A stretch of 64,000 bases of DNA from Squalus acanthias. Its lineage: Eukaryota. Shown here one piece after another: positions 35,303 through 47,975 of the stretch. How positions within the stretch are numbered: the stretch's first letter is position 1; every line of letters begins with the position of its first letter. The notes beneath the pieces are model-generated. The model was not told the origin of the DNA, did not search any database, and saw only the letters and a list, made by a program, of their open reading frames with translations. The translations under genes and the position numbers were made by a program. The stretch is from the NCBI GenBank assembly GCA_030390025.1, contig CM059425.1, forward strand, positions 89,776,001 to 89,840,000. Reading direction: 5' to 3'.

Positions 35303-36912
35303 ATGGAGGCAATCTTCCCTCCCTCCTGCCCCATCGTGGAGGCAATCTTCCCTCCCTCCTGCCCCATCGTGGAGGCACCTCCCTCCCTCCTGCCCCATCG
35401 TGGAGGCACCTCCCTCCCTCTAGCCCCATCGTGGAGGCACCTCCCTCCCTCCTGCCCCATCACGGAGGCAATCTTCCCTCCCTCCTGCCCCATCACGGAG
35501 GCAATCTTCCCTCCCTCCTGCCCCATCGTGGAGGCACCTCCCTCCCTCCTGCCCCATCGTGGAGGCACCTCCCTCCCTCCTGCCCCATCGTGGAGGCACC
35601 TCCCTCCCTCCTGCCCCATCGTGGAGGCACCTCCCTCCCTCCTGCCCCATCAGGGAGGCACCTCCCTCCCTCCTGCCCCATCGTGGAGGCGCCTCCCTCC
35701 CTCCTGCCCCATCGTGGAGGCAATCCTCCCACCCTCCTGCCCCATCGTGGAGGCACCTTCCTCCCTCCTGCCCCATCGTGGAGGCAATCTTCCCTCCTTC
35801 CTGCCCCATTGTGGAGGCACCTCCCTCCCTCCTGCCCCATCGTGGAGGCACCTCCCTCCCTCCTGCCCCATCGTGGAGGCACCTCCCTCCCTCCTGCCCC
35901 ATCGTGGAGGCACCTCCCTCCCTCCTGCCCCATCGTGGAGGCACCTCCCTCCCTCCTGCCCCATCGTGGAGGCACCTCCCTCCCTCCTGCCCCATCAGGG
36001 AGGCACCTCCCTCCCTCCTGCCCCATCGTGGAGGCACCTCCCTCCCTCCTGCCCCATCGTGGAGGCACCTCCCTCCCTCCTGCCCCATCGTGGAGGCACC
36101 TCCCTCCCTCCTGCCCCATCGTGGAGGCACCTCCCTCCCTCCTGCCCCATCAGGGAGGCACCTCCCTCCCTCCTGCCCCATCAGGGAGGCACCTCCCTCC
36201 CTCCTGCCCCATCGTGGAGGCACCTCCCTCCCTCCTGCCCCATCGTGGAGGCAATCTTCCCTCCCTCCTGCCCCATCGTGGAGGCACCTCCCTCCCTCCT
36301 GCCCCATCGTGGAGGCACCTCCCTCCCTCCTGCCCCATCGTGGAGGCACCTCCCTCCCTCCTGCCCCATCGTGGAGGCACCTCCCTCCCTCCTGCCCCAT
36401 CGTGGAGGCAATCTTCCCACCCTCCTGCCCCATCGTGGAGGCACCTCCCTCCCTCCTGCCCCATCGTGGAGGCACCTCCCTCCCTCCTGCCCCATCGTGG
36501 AGGCAATCTTCCCTCCCTCCTGCCCCATCGTGGAGGCACCTCCCTCCCTCCTGCCCCATCGTGGAGGCACCTCCCTCCCTCCTGCCCCATCGTGGAGGCA
36601 CCTCCCTCCCTCCTGCCCCATCGTGGAGGCACCTCCCTCCCTCCTGCCCCATCGTGAAGGCAATCTTCCCACCCTCCTGCCCCATCGTGGAGGCACCTCC
36701 CTCCCTCCTGCCCCATCGTGGAGGCACCTCCCTCCCTCCTGCCCCATCGTGGAGGCACCTCCCTCCCTCCTGCCCCATCGTGGAGGCATCCTCCCTCCCT
36801 CCTGCCCCATCGTGGAGGCACCTCCCTCCCTCCTGCCCCATCAGGGAGGCACCTCCCTCCCTCCTGCCCCATTGTGGAGGCACCTCCCTCCCTCCTGCCC
36901 CATTTCATGGAG
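35303..36912. repeat. 31/33-bp C-rich minisatellite (GGAGGCACCTCCCTCCCTCCTGCCCCATCGT)n, ~50 copies
   Basis: Read directly; interspersed 33-bp variant with GCAATCTT; explains the Pro- and Gly-rich ORFs on both strands. Confidence 0.95.
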
Positions 36913-37545
36913 GTAATCTCTTCTCTGTCCCTGGTGTTACAGAAGTATTCTCTCTTCCCTCTCCCTGGAGGCAGCATTTTCTTTCTCCTGTTTTACGGAG
37001 GCAATGTTACTCTCTTCCTCACGCCTCCCTCTTCCACTTCAGGTCATAAAATTGCTCGTCCATCAGTCCAAGGAGTCACTCGTCATGGACGTGCTTTTAC
37101 TCTTTCCCCCCCCCCCCCCCCCCCCCCCCCCCCGGCCCAAATTCACGAAGGAGCTCTTCTCCCAGTATCCACTTTTATTTTTTCTGAACTTCTTAATTAG
37201 ACTGCATTCTATAACTCACTCTGAGTCATTCATTATTCTGTGTATACACCATTTGAACCCCTCGATGAGGTTCCAGCCTGTAACTTTCCATTGTCCTGTA
37301 TATAAACTGTTTGGATACCTGTGATTAAATGACAGCCTGTACCTCATTGCTAGATAATCAGTAATATGGCCTGATGTGACCAGTACATTTTGAGTTCGCA
37401 TGCTGCAAAATGTCTTGTGCAAATCCCACATGTGCACATCCTGTAAAAGAGTGATTTATGCACCAGTGTGTGACCCGGTTTGGATTTGATGATAAATTCT
37501 TCCCTTCGATTTGACTTACCGCCATGTTGCCTCTTTGGTGTTTAG

Positions 37546-37597
37546 GAGTTCTGGAAACAGCTTGGTGATCTTGGTGTTCTTGGGATCACTGCACCCG
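37546..37597 (+). CDS. IVD: IVD exon 3 (EFWKQLGDLGVLGITAP)
   Basis: TAG / GTGAGT, 52 nt. Confidence 0.95.
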
Positions 37598-37789
37598 GTG
37601 AGTTGTGGCAGCCTTAGCTCCCATCTGCTTTGCTTTACATAGCAGTCATTTTAACTACCAGATGGTGGTAGCATGCTCAGGGAACATCTGATAAAGCACA
37701 GGCTTGCACTATTTACAGAATGTGATGCTAACTAGACAGTCCCTAATCACACACAAGGACTTCTGCACACAATCTTGACTGAGACTTCA

Positions 37790-38102
37790 GTCCAGCCCTG
37801 AGGGAGTGCTACATTGTCAAGCGGTCGAATGAGATGTTACACCAAGGGTCCCTTCTGCCTGTCTCATGGACAGTAAAGATCCCAGGTAACTATTTGAAGA
37901 ATGGTTGTCCTGGCCAACATTAATCCCTCAACAAATAAACAACCACCCGTAAAACAGATTAATTGGCCATTTGTCTGGGACAAAATGGCTGCCATGCGTG
38001 CCTACGTAAGTCACTGTGGTCCAAAATGAATTAGTTATGTGAAGCGCTTCAAGAGGTTTTGAAGATTTGCTAAGGCGCTATATAAATGTAAGGATTTCTT
38101 TC
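37790..38102 (+). mobile_element. Degraded DeuSINE (SacSINE1-like)
   Basis: tgagggagtgct...aaagatccc...gcgctatataaatg. Confidence 0.65.
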
Positions 38103-38799
38103 TGTGGGCATCCACCTGTAATATTTTTGAATAAAGATCGGCTATTGTTGCTGTTGTCAATTAAACTTGCCCAATGAAAAATGTTTTTTTTGCTCTGAAA
38201 ATGCTAAGTAATCAGCTTTTAAGAATCTTGGTGTACCCAACGACTTAGCTGTAAATGCATTACCCAGTGTAGTACTTAAGTCATACAGACCAGGAAGGTC
38301 CCGGGTTTGATTTTTCACCAGGGCTGAGTTAGCTGATCCCAGCCACGATTCGAGTCAATATCCCTGGGCTAGGGAAGGGGAACAATTTAGCACAGGCTCC
38401 TACTTTGGATGCTGTCCAGTGACTCCGCTATACAAAAGAACCAGTGGGGAGATGAGAGATTTTTTAATGCAGCGAGTTGATATGATCTGCAGTGCTCTGC
38501 CTGAAAGGGTGGTGGAAGCAGATTCTAAAGTATCTTTCAAAAGGGAATTGGATATATACTTGAAAAGGAAAAATTCGCAGAGCTATGGGGAAAGAGCAAG
38601 GGAATGGGATTAATTGAAGAGCTCTTTCAGAGAGCAGGCACGATGGGCCGAATGGCCTCCTTCTGTGCTCTATGATTCTATACATATGTACACCTCAGAT
38701 GAATCAGACTGAATAGCCAGCCAGCACTTATTGTCTAGGCCTTTACACAAAGAAGGACTTCTTGGATGAAGTACTGGAAGACTGCCACCAAATTATCAT

Positions 38800-40090
38800 T
38801 AATTCTTGGGATGTGGACGTCGCTGGCAAGGCCGGCATTTATTGTCCATCCCTAGTTGTAATGAGAAAGTGCTGGCGGGCCTTCTTATTGAACCGCTAGT
38901 GGTTTGATACGACTTAGTGGTTCATTAGGCCACTTCAGAGGGCAGTTAAGAGTCAACCATGTTGGTGTGGGACTGGAGTCACATATTGGCCAGACCGGGT
39001 AAGGACAGCAGGTTTCCTTCCCTAAAGGACATTAGTGAAATTTTCTCCAATTAAATATTGGGAAGACCGAAGCCATTGTTTTCGGTTCCTGCCAGAAACT
39101 CTGTTCGCTAGCCACTGACTCCATCCCTCTCCCTAACATCTGTCTGAGGCTGAACCACACTGTTCGCAACCTTGGTGTCATATTTGACCCTGAAATGAGC
39201 TTCCGACCGCATATACGCAGCATAACTAAGACCGCCTATTTCCACCTCTGTAACATCGCCCGTCTCTGCCCTTGCCTCTGCTCATCCACTGCTGAAACCC
39301 TCATCCAAGCCTTTGTTACCTCTAGACTTGACTATTCCAACACACTCCTGGCTGGCCTCCCACATTCCACCCTACGTAAACTTGAGGTCATCCAAAACTC
39401 GGCTGTCCGTGTCCTAACTTACACCAAGTCCCGTTCACCCATCGCCCCTGTGCTCACTGACCTACATTGGCTCAAGGTTAAACAACGCCTCGATTTCAAA
39501 ATTCTCATCCTTGTTTTCAAATCCCTCCATGGCCTCGCCCCTCCCTATCTCTGTAATCTCCTTCAGCCCCCCCCGAGATATCTGCGCTCCTCTAATTCTG
39601 CCCTCTTGAGCATCCCTGATTATAATCGCTCAACCATTGGTGGCCGTGCCTTCTGTTGCTTAGACCCTAAGCTCTGGAATTCCCTCCCTAAACCTCTCCA
39701 CCTCTCTACCTCTCTTTCCTCCTTTAAGACGCTCCTTAAAACCTACCTCTTTGACCAAGCTTTTGGTCACCTGCCCTAATTTATCCTTATGTGGATCGGT
39801 GTCAACTTTTTTGTCTTGTGACGCTCCTGTGCAGCGCCTTGGGACATTTTACTACGTTAAAGGCGCCATATAAATACAAGTTGTTGTTGTTGTTGTTGTT
39901 GCAGTGAATCACTTGGGATTTTACCACAATCCGACAGCTTCATGGTCACTTTTACTGATGCCAGCTTTTTACTTCCAGAATTTTTGAAACGGAATTCAAA
40001 TTCTCAAACTGCCCTGGTGGAACTTGAAGTTGCGTTCTCTGGATTACTAGTCCAGTAACTTAGTCTCACGTACGGTAGTGTAGTGGTTAT
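38800..40090 (-). mobile_element. tRNA-headed SINE with CR1-like tail, split by an L2 insertion
   Basis: Same family as the intact copies at 56120-56482 and 57912-58332; AGTGAA duplicated at 39034-39039 and 39903-39908. Confidence 0.75.
39040..39902 (+). mobile_element. L2 LINE 3' end with (GTT)n tail
   Basis: ORF 39195-39779 AFVTSRLDYSN...QNSAVR...LHWL...GGRAF...LWNSLP...FKTLLKTYLF. Confidence 0.92.
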
Positions 40091-40429
40091 GTCTTCAAGA
40101 TGAGAGGAGAAAAAAAAAAATCTTAACGTTAAGTAGGTGGCATCGCAGTGCAGTGCAGAATAGAAGGGCACGGGTTTGTGTCTGTGATTTCCCCACGATA
40201 TCAAAATGCCGATAACCCCCAGAGACTTCCTTACAAATCATTGGGTGTGGCTGAATTTGCACTGCTTCAGGGACTTCATGCAGAAAAAAATGTGGAACTG
40301 TAGAAGGTGTGTGTATATTGGGCTGGTGTGGTGGAGATATTTAGCAGGTGTGTGCTTATGTGGGTGTTTTTAACTAGGATGTGCTAGTGGAGTCCACTTT
40401 GCGCGTTATTGCAGTAACTTTGAAGAAAA

Positions 40430-40870
40430 GAGAGCGAACTTGCATTGCTATAGCACCTTTCACATCCTTGCGATGTCTCAAAGCGCTTCACAGCCACTGA
40501 ATTACTTTTGAAGTCTAGTTACTGTTATAATACAGGCTTATTTGGCAGCCAATGTGCGCACTACAAGCTCCCACAACCAGCAAATAAGATAAATAACCAG
40601 GTAATCTGTTCTCAATGATGTTGGTTGAGAGATAAATATTGGCCTGGAGAACTCCCCTGCTCTTCATCAAAAGAGTGCCATGGGATCTTTTATGTCCACC
40701 TGAGAGGGTTTAAATTCTCAGTCAAAAAACGGCACCTCTGACAGTGCAGCGCTCCCTCAGTACTGCAACGGAGTTTCAGCCTGGATTTTGTGCTCAAGTC
40801 CTGGAGTGGGACTTGAACCCACAACCTTCTGAATCTCGGGTGAGAATGTTACCATTGAGCCACGGCTGAT
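40430..40870 (-). mobile_element. DeuSINE (SacSINE1-like), full length
   Basis: Reverse complement of the family at 49499-49940. Confidence 0.8.
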
Positions 40871-41035
40871 AATTATAAACTGTATTTTTACACTTATAAA
40901 CACTAAATGCATTTAGTATGTCTCTGGTGGATGAGTCTGTGTGTTTGCAGACTAGTGCCTGCATGTGTTTCGCTGGTGTGTATATTGTATGCAACAGTGT
41001 GCTGTGTGTTCTTCATGTCATGTTGCAGTGTGTTT

Positions 41036-41036
<1 letters not shown>

Positions 41037-41086
<50 letters not shown>
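41037..41086. repeat. (GT)n microsatellite
   Basis: ~24 uninterrupted GT units. Confidence 0.95.
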
Positions 41087-41089
<3 letters not shown>

Positions 41090-41753
41090 CAGCTAGGGTG
41101 TGGTATGTGGGGGGGCACTGCATTTTGCAGTTGTTTGAATGAGTGTGTTGAATGGATGGGACTGCAGTGTGTTTAGCTTGGCGTGTGCATTGTATGCAGC
41201 AGAGTGCATAGTGTGTTCAGTATGGTTACTGCAGTAAGTTTTTGAATACCTGATGTGTGTGTGTGTACACTGCCCAAGTTACATAGAATGTACAGCACAG
41301 AAACAGGCCATTCGACCCAACTGGTCCGTGCCGATGTTGATGCTCCACACGAGCCTCCTCCCACTGTACTTAATCTCACCCTATCAGCATATCCTTCTAT
41401 TCCTTTCTCCCTCATGTACTTATCTAGCTTCCCCTTAAATGCATCTGTGCTATTCGCCTCAACCACTCCATGTGATAGCGAGTTCCAAATTCTCACCACT
41501 AGTGTGTGTGTAGTGTATGTAATTACGGTGTCTGTGAGATGGGGAGAAAGCAGGGACAGGGTACTGAGTTTGAATGATCAGCCATGATCGCATTAAATGG
41601 CGGCGCAGGCTCGAGGGGTCGAATGGCCTACTCCTGCTCCTATCGTCTATGTTTCTGTGTCTCGGATGGAGGATGCAGTGTGTTCAGCATTTTGTTACTA
41701 TTGCAGTGAGTTTAGTGGGCAGCTTGTTCAAGTAACTCTGTGGTACCTTACAG

Positions 41754-41923
41754 TGGAGTATGGAGGGGCTGGCGGCGGATACCTGGATCACGTCCTTGTC
41801 ATGGAGGAAATAACCCGTGCGTCTGCTGCCATCGGCCTCAGTTACGGAGCACATTCCAACCTGTGCATCAATCAGCTGGTGAGAAACGGGAACGAAGAAC
41901 AGAAAAAGAAATACTTACCAAAG
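41754..41923 (+). CDS. IVD: IVD exon 4 ([57 protein letters not shown])
   Basis: CAG / GTACAG, 170 nt. Confidence 0.96.
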
Positions 41924-43088
41924 GTACAGCACCAACAGCACAAAGCTTCAGCACTGCTTAAGTTTAATTACTAGGCTGTACCAAATAGCTGTCTATTCCT
42001 TACTCACTCACAGGCCATCCTTCATTACCTAAAGGAAAGTTCCAAGAATTAATCTCCAGTGCCCCTTAACCCCAAATTCTATGGGGCCAGTTATACTATA
42101 GGTGCCAGGCTCAGACAAGTACCTGTATAGTGGCATACGCAGCTAACAGATCTCGGTTATGTTGCCAGCTACGCAATGTGCTCTGTCTAGTGATAAAGCA
42201 GCTCTGCTTGGCTTCACTGTATTGCAGCAAGACTGGAGGCCTAGCAGTGTGAGACTGCCTCCTCGCCGTGGGCTCACGCCTCCTGGCTTCATACTGCCTC
42301 CCGTCACCTGACTTGTGCACACTGCTGTTGCAGCAGTGTGCACTGAAAACCACTTTGCATCGATGCTGAAGTGATAATATAACTGGCCCAGATTTGTTCA
42401 GTTAAAGAATGTAAGTTTAGGAGTTGTATCTGAATGTTCTACTTTTTAGTTCAGCTGCTGTCCCACATAGTGGGCTCATAGGAGTCATTAGACAACTGCT
42501 ACTGTTCTCAAAGGATGATGGCGTGCTGGAAAAACAATATACCATCAGTCTCATTGGACCAGTAAAGCGTGCCTAACCAGACAGCTGCGATTATCAACTA
42601 CATCACAGAGATGAAGCGGGGATGACATTATGACCAAAGTACCATAAAGGTTGCTGGTATTTGAGCCTAACTGCCCCTAAATCCCTACATTCTGTTCCAA
42701 AAATACGATAACACGGGCAACCAGGTTAAAAACTGAGGAATAACAAGGTAGCAGATTTAAAAAAAAAAAATACAAGGATAAAAAGCATTTCAGTGTTCTT
42801 GCAAATGGTATCTTCAAAAATGACACAAATTCTATTGAAGTGAGCTGTTCAGTACCAGCAGAAGCAGGGCTTTCAAATCAGCAATGGGTATAACAGATTG
42901 CAAGTGAAGAAAATTCTTTAAACCATCACCTGTGTAACTGCGTTACAGCTAGAAGTGAATCCATTGATTGTGTTATATTCTGCAGCTTGTTCTCACAGCA
43001 GCCCCCTGAGTGTGCTTGTCACTACACTGCAGTTGAACTGTGAAGTGGGTTTCCCATCTGTTTAACTGGCTTTCTCTCTTCTTTTCAG

Positions 43089-43182
43089 TTAATCAGTGGA
43101 GATCACTTAGGGGCTCTCGCAATGAGTGAACCGAATGCAGGGTCGGATGTTGTCTCGATGAAATTGAGGGCAGATAAGAAAG
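43089..43182 (+). CDS. IVD: IVD exon 5 ([31 protein letters not shown])
   Basis: CAG / GTTTGT, 94 nt; acyl-CoA dehydrogenase signature SEPNAGSD. Confidence 0.96.
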
Positions 43183-43587
43183 GTTTGTGGAATTAATGAC
43201 ATGATGAGTGACACTGTGGCTGAGGACTTTGATGGTTTTTTTTTTGGGACCTAGATTTGAATCCAGCCCAGTGTGATCAAAGTTGCCACTGTTTGGCTGT
43301 AAGGGGCAACAACAACAACAACTCACATTTATAGGGTGCATTTAACGTAGCAACATGTCCCAAGGCGCTTAATGAGAGCGATATCAATAAAAACATTTTT
43401 GATACCAAGCCACAGAAGGAGCTATCAGGATAGGTGACCAAAAGCTTGGACAAAGAGGTAGGTTTTAAGGGGCATCGTAAAGGAGGAGAGAGAGGCGGAG
43501 AGGTTTAGGGAGGGAATTCCAGAGCTTAGGGCCTTGGCAGCTGAAAGCACGGCCACCAATGGTGGAGCGATGAAAATCCGGGTCCCA

Positions 43588-44439
43588 TGTGAAACAAGTT
43601 TGGTCACTTTTTACGTACCTTCAAGTGGGCCCAAGTTGATGGTATAAAACTACCCATAATTTGGCATTAAATTGGTAAGTGTTATGGACTTGAGTCTGCC
43701 GTAGATACCTTCTTGGGTTCAGTGGCGCCATTACACCCATAAGCAACTTGAATGTCTTACTTTTATGGGAGTTGACTCGCACTGTCCTGTATCTACTTGT
43801 GCGGTAGTGGGATCCAGGCGTGTAACAGTGAAACTTGCTATTGATCGGGACCGATCTCCGTGTTTCACGCCCGTATATGTCTTCAATCCCTCCGAAGGAG
43901 GACTGAGTAAACACTAGACGAGGAAAAGTTTGGCTTGAGTCATAAACTGCTTTATTCCACGGTAAGGCAGAAAGTACAGATTAACCGGTGTGATCAGTGT
44001 CACTTAATTCAATTGGTACAACTTATGTTTGCATAACGATATAAAATAAAGAGCACGTGACATTGCCCCACGTTGGCAGCTTGTCATATGTAACTTGAAA
44101 CCAATTAATCTCTTTGTATCCTGTCCTACATTCCCGGGGCAGAACTACTTTTCCGTTGCAGCTTTTTGCTGTCTGACTGCCTATGCAGCCCTGTTCCCAA
44201 AAACCAGACTGCCTTCCTGTGTTCAGCCTTATTCCTGACTGCAATCAGTTTGGTCTCTTGGGAAAACAACTTCCGATTAGCATACCAACCACCTTACACC
44301 TGACTTTGGATTTGCAGCCCATTCCAGGGCTGTCCTGAGAAACTAACCCCTTTAAAGTAAGCTTCAGCCCAAAACACATTTTGAAATAGCTCCTATCTGA
44401 ATCTTATTTGTAGCAAAATGGCCAAAGAATCCTGAAACA
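43588..44439 (-). mobile_element. Putative solo LTR (852 bp) inside an L2 fragment
   Basis: TGT...ACA ends; flanks TCCCA / TGCCA (4 of 5 match); AATAAA on - strand at 43951-43956; L2-like sequence on both sides. Confidence 0.4.
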
Positions 44440-44603
44440 TGCCAATAAACTTACTCTTAAGAGGCCCAAAAGTTTGGCTGGTGTGGAAAGTGTTGCGTTT
44501 AATGTAGCAGTGGATGATCTCCTGAGGTTGGAGGCCAGATACCTGGTTGGGGCAGTGGAGAGGAAGCTTCACTGTCTGAGACTTGTTTGTGTTTTTTTGT
44601 AAG

Positions 44604-44740
44604 GTGACTACTACGTGCTCAATGGCAACAAGTTCTGGATTACCAATGGCCCTGATGCTGACATTCTGATTGTTTATGGCAAGACAGACATTAATGCCAA
44701 GCCAGCGTCCCGTGGCATCACAGCATTCATTGTAGAGAAG
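44604..44740 (+). CDS. IVD: IVD exon 6 ([46 protein letters not shown])
   Basis: AAG / GTAACA, 137 nt. Confidence 0.96.
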
Positions 44741-44959
44741 GTAACATTTTACGCCGATTCTCATCGGGACCTCCTAATGTTTTTTGGGGGCATTTTGGGC
44801 ATCAGACATTTGTAAATGACAGTCACGTTCTCTTTAACTTGCAGTCATATGAGCTGGGGCTCAGGGATACATCTTTAGTTTGGCCTGCTTTATATCTAAA
44901 ATTTTCCCCTGAGCTTCAAGAGTGAATCTTCGCCAGGTGTTGTCCCACGGAGCTTCTGG

Positions 44960-45110
44960 AGCTCACGGCTGGGCGTGGTGATCAGGGGTCCCTTTGTCGA
45001 GCTCAAGGCTGGGAGCGGTGATCAGGGGTCCCTTTGTCGAGCTCAAGGCTGGGAGCGGTGATCAGGGGTCCCTTTGTCGAGCTCAAGGCTGGGAGCGGTG
45101 ATCAGGGGTC
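44960..45110. repeat. 40-bp tandem repeat, ~3.7 copies
   Basis: gctcaaggctgggagcggtgatcaggggtccctttgtcga. Confidence 0.9.
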
Positions 45111-45993
45111 GCCATGTGGAGCTCGTTGCTGGACGTGGTGACCGGAGCTGCTAACCCCCATCGCCCCCCCCCCCCCCCCCCAACCCTTGTATTGAGAGGC
45201 CTTTGACCTAAGGAATGAGCTGCCTGGTAGAGCTTGCATGGTAAGCAGATTCGCTCGTGATGAGTGCCTTATCTCTCCCATCCTGTGGGGGCAAAGTGCT
45301 TTCTTGCAAAGAGAAAGGGATATATTTAGAGGGTTAGTCAATCTGGAGTGACTCTTTATCACCTTGTAATAACCAGCTGTAGAGTGGGACTGACTGAGGT
45401 ATAGGAACAAGTTCTCTGTAAGCACTCTGCTGGAAATTCTAAGTTACAGGGGTGCAGGTGGGGAGTAAAAGATGGTTTTATAAAAAACATACAGCATGCA
45501 CCAGTGACAGGAGACATTTGGTTATATGGGGCATTCCTTATTCACGTTCATCCAGCCAGAAAGACCCCATCAGAATATCCTGCTGTTCCTTAAATGATTC
45601 TAGGTTTTTTGCTTGAACTACCTGGGGCTCCATTCCAAATGTTGTGAAGAGGATTAATACAGAATGTTGAGACACAGCTCCTGTGTCCCTGGCATTAACA
45701 TACAGACTGGCTCAAGCACACACAGCTCTTGTGCTGCTGCTCATGCCACACTCCCTTGTGCCCAGTCTATCAGCCTTGTATTTCCAGTGTTGTACTGGGC
45801 TGACTTTGAACTGTTCTGAGCCCAGGAACAAGAAATTGATTTTTTTCTGCACCCTGCCAAACAGGGCAGATAGACCGAGCCAATTACTGCAGGGCTGTTT
45901 ATAATCATCTACCGGCTTTCTTCACCTATGTCTTTGCTCTAGTGTGTCTCAGATACAATTGTCTGTCCAAGCAGCCAGAGTTCGTAACATTTA

Positions 45994-46574
45994 GGGGCAA
46001 AAGTTGGCTCGCGCCCCCTTTGGGGCGATAACTTCGCCAACGCCTCAAAGTTTGCGCGTCCGAAATTGAACGGTAGCGCCCCAAGCAGGAGGCGGAGCGC
46101 TACTGGAAGCATGTAGCGCTGCCGTACTGCAGGCTTCCCTCCCCTGATTAAAGGGGAGGGGCCTAGCGCAGCGCGATCCGGGGCCCTGCTGGACCATTGG
46201 GGAGCGGGGTGCCGGCAAAAGAGCCCGGCACTCGAGGAGGCGAGAGGGGTCAGGTGCTGGCAGGCAGCCCAAAAAAATGGCCGCCCGGCACCTGCCCTTT
46301 AATTTACGCCGCCCTGGCCACAAACACGGCACCCTGACCCTGTCGGACATAGTGTCCGGCGGTAAGTCAGGGGGCGCGAGCCAAGCTTGCGAGCGGAGCG
46401 CTGCGCACGGCGATGACGCCATCGCCGGAGGTGCGGGGCGCTACCAGCTACCGCCGCCGCTAACCTCCTGCTGAATTTCGCAGGAGGTGTTCGCGGCGCT
46501 GCGCCCGGGCGCTAGGTGCTTTGCACCCCCTCGAGGCACTAACGGGAGCCGCTAAGCAACCGAATTTTTCCCCC
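45994..46574. mobile_element. Harbinger-family MITE (581 bp, GC-rich) related to the element at 22179
   Basis: Imperfect TIR GGGGCAAAAGTT / AATTTTTCCCCC; TTA duplicated at 45991-45993 and 46575-46577; subterminal similarity (ctaacgggag...gaattttt) to 24755-24789. Confidence 0.8.
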
Positions 46575-47024
46575 TTAATGTCCACTTGTGCGTTCCTTCT
46601 CGTGCTTCTTTCTTTTGGTGTCCCTTTGAACCTCTTTCTGTTCAGTATGCATCTGAATCTCTATCCTGGCTACTTGCTATCCTGTAGCTCCATATATTGA
46701 ATATATTTGCTTGCTCCTGCCCTTGCAGCGCGGGTGAGAGAAATCTAGTCTTCCCACCAGTATGATCGTGAACCTGTTCCCTTTAGCTAGGATGGACATG
46801 TTTCACAGGCTTGCCCCCCAGTAATGTGCTATGCTCTTTCTGGGTAGGCGGGCGGGAGCAGCTATTTAAGATGCACGAGCAGCTGAGAGAGCCACTCGAC
46901 CATTTCTAGGAGATACGGGGACAGAGTTGAGCACAAGGCAATCTGCACTGTGGTCAACAGAGCAACTCCATTGTCAACAGAATTGATGCTGTTCTTGGTG
47001 CACTGCTTTTTGTTTGTCTTTAAG

Positions 47025-47121
47025 GACATGCCTGGATTCAGTACGGCTCAAAAACTCGATAAATTGGGAATGAGAGGCTCCAACACGTGTGAGCTAGTCT
47101 TTGAAGACTGTGAAGTGCCAG
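47025..47121 (+). CDS. IVD: IVD exon 7 ([32 protein letters not shown])
   Basis: AAG / GTATTC, 97 nt. Confidence 0.96.
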
Positions 47122-47164
47122 GTATTCAACTGTTCCGTATTTGAATCTAATTATTGTTGTTATA

Positions 47165-47975
47165 AGAACATAAGAAATAGGAGCAGGAGTAGGCCAGTCG
47201 GCCCTTCGAGCCTGCTCTGCCATTCAATAAGATCATGGCTGATCTTCTACCTCAACTCCACTTTCCTGCACTATCCCCATATCCCTTGATTTCCTTAATA
47301 TTCAAAAATCTATTGATCTCTGTCTTGAATATACTCAACGACTGAGCTTCCACAGCCCTCTGGGGTAGAGAATTCCAACGATTCACCACCCTCTGAGTGA
47401 AGAAATTTCTCCTCATCTCAGTCCTAAATGACTGACCCCTTATTCTGAGACTGACCCTTGGTTCTAGACTCCCCAGCCAGGGAAACATCCTCCCTGCATC
47501 TACCCTGTCAAGCCCTGTAAGAATTTTGTATGTTTCAATGAGATCACCTCTCATTCTTCTAAACTCTAGAGAATATAGACCTAGTCGACCCAATCTCTCC
47601 TCACAGGACAATCTCCCCATCCCAGGAACCAGTCTGGTGAACCTTTGTTGCACTCCCTCTATGGCATGTATATCCTTCCTTAGGTAAGGAGACCAAAACT
47701 GTACACAATACTCCAGGTGTGGTCTCACCAGGGTCCTATATAATTGCAGTAAGACATCTTTACTCTTATACTCAAATCCTCTTGAAATAAAGGCCAACAT
47801 ACCAGTTGCTTTCCTAATTGCTTGCTGTACCTGCATGTTAACTTTCAGTGATTCGTGTAAAAGGACACCCAGATCCCTCTGCACACCAACATTTCCCAAT
47901 CTCTCACCATTTAAAAAATACTCTGCTTTTCTATTTTTCCTACCAAAGTGGATAACTTCACATTTCTCCACATTA
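47165..47975 (-). mobile_element. CR1 LINE 3' end
   Basis: ORF 47252-47971 is a CR1 RT C-terminus, followed by the 3' UTR. Confidence 0.92.

Noticed and set aside
35303-36912. CCTCCCT motif as a PRDM9 hotspot signal
   Set aside because: That motif is specific to human PRDM9 alleles and cannot be transferred to this species.
35110-37200. Many long Pro-rich or Gly-rich ORFs (up to 569 aa)
   Set aside because: Products of a nearly stop-free minisatellite, open in most frames on both strands, inside an IVD intron.
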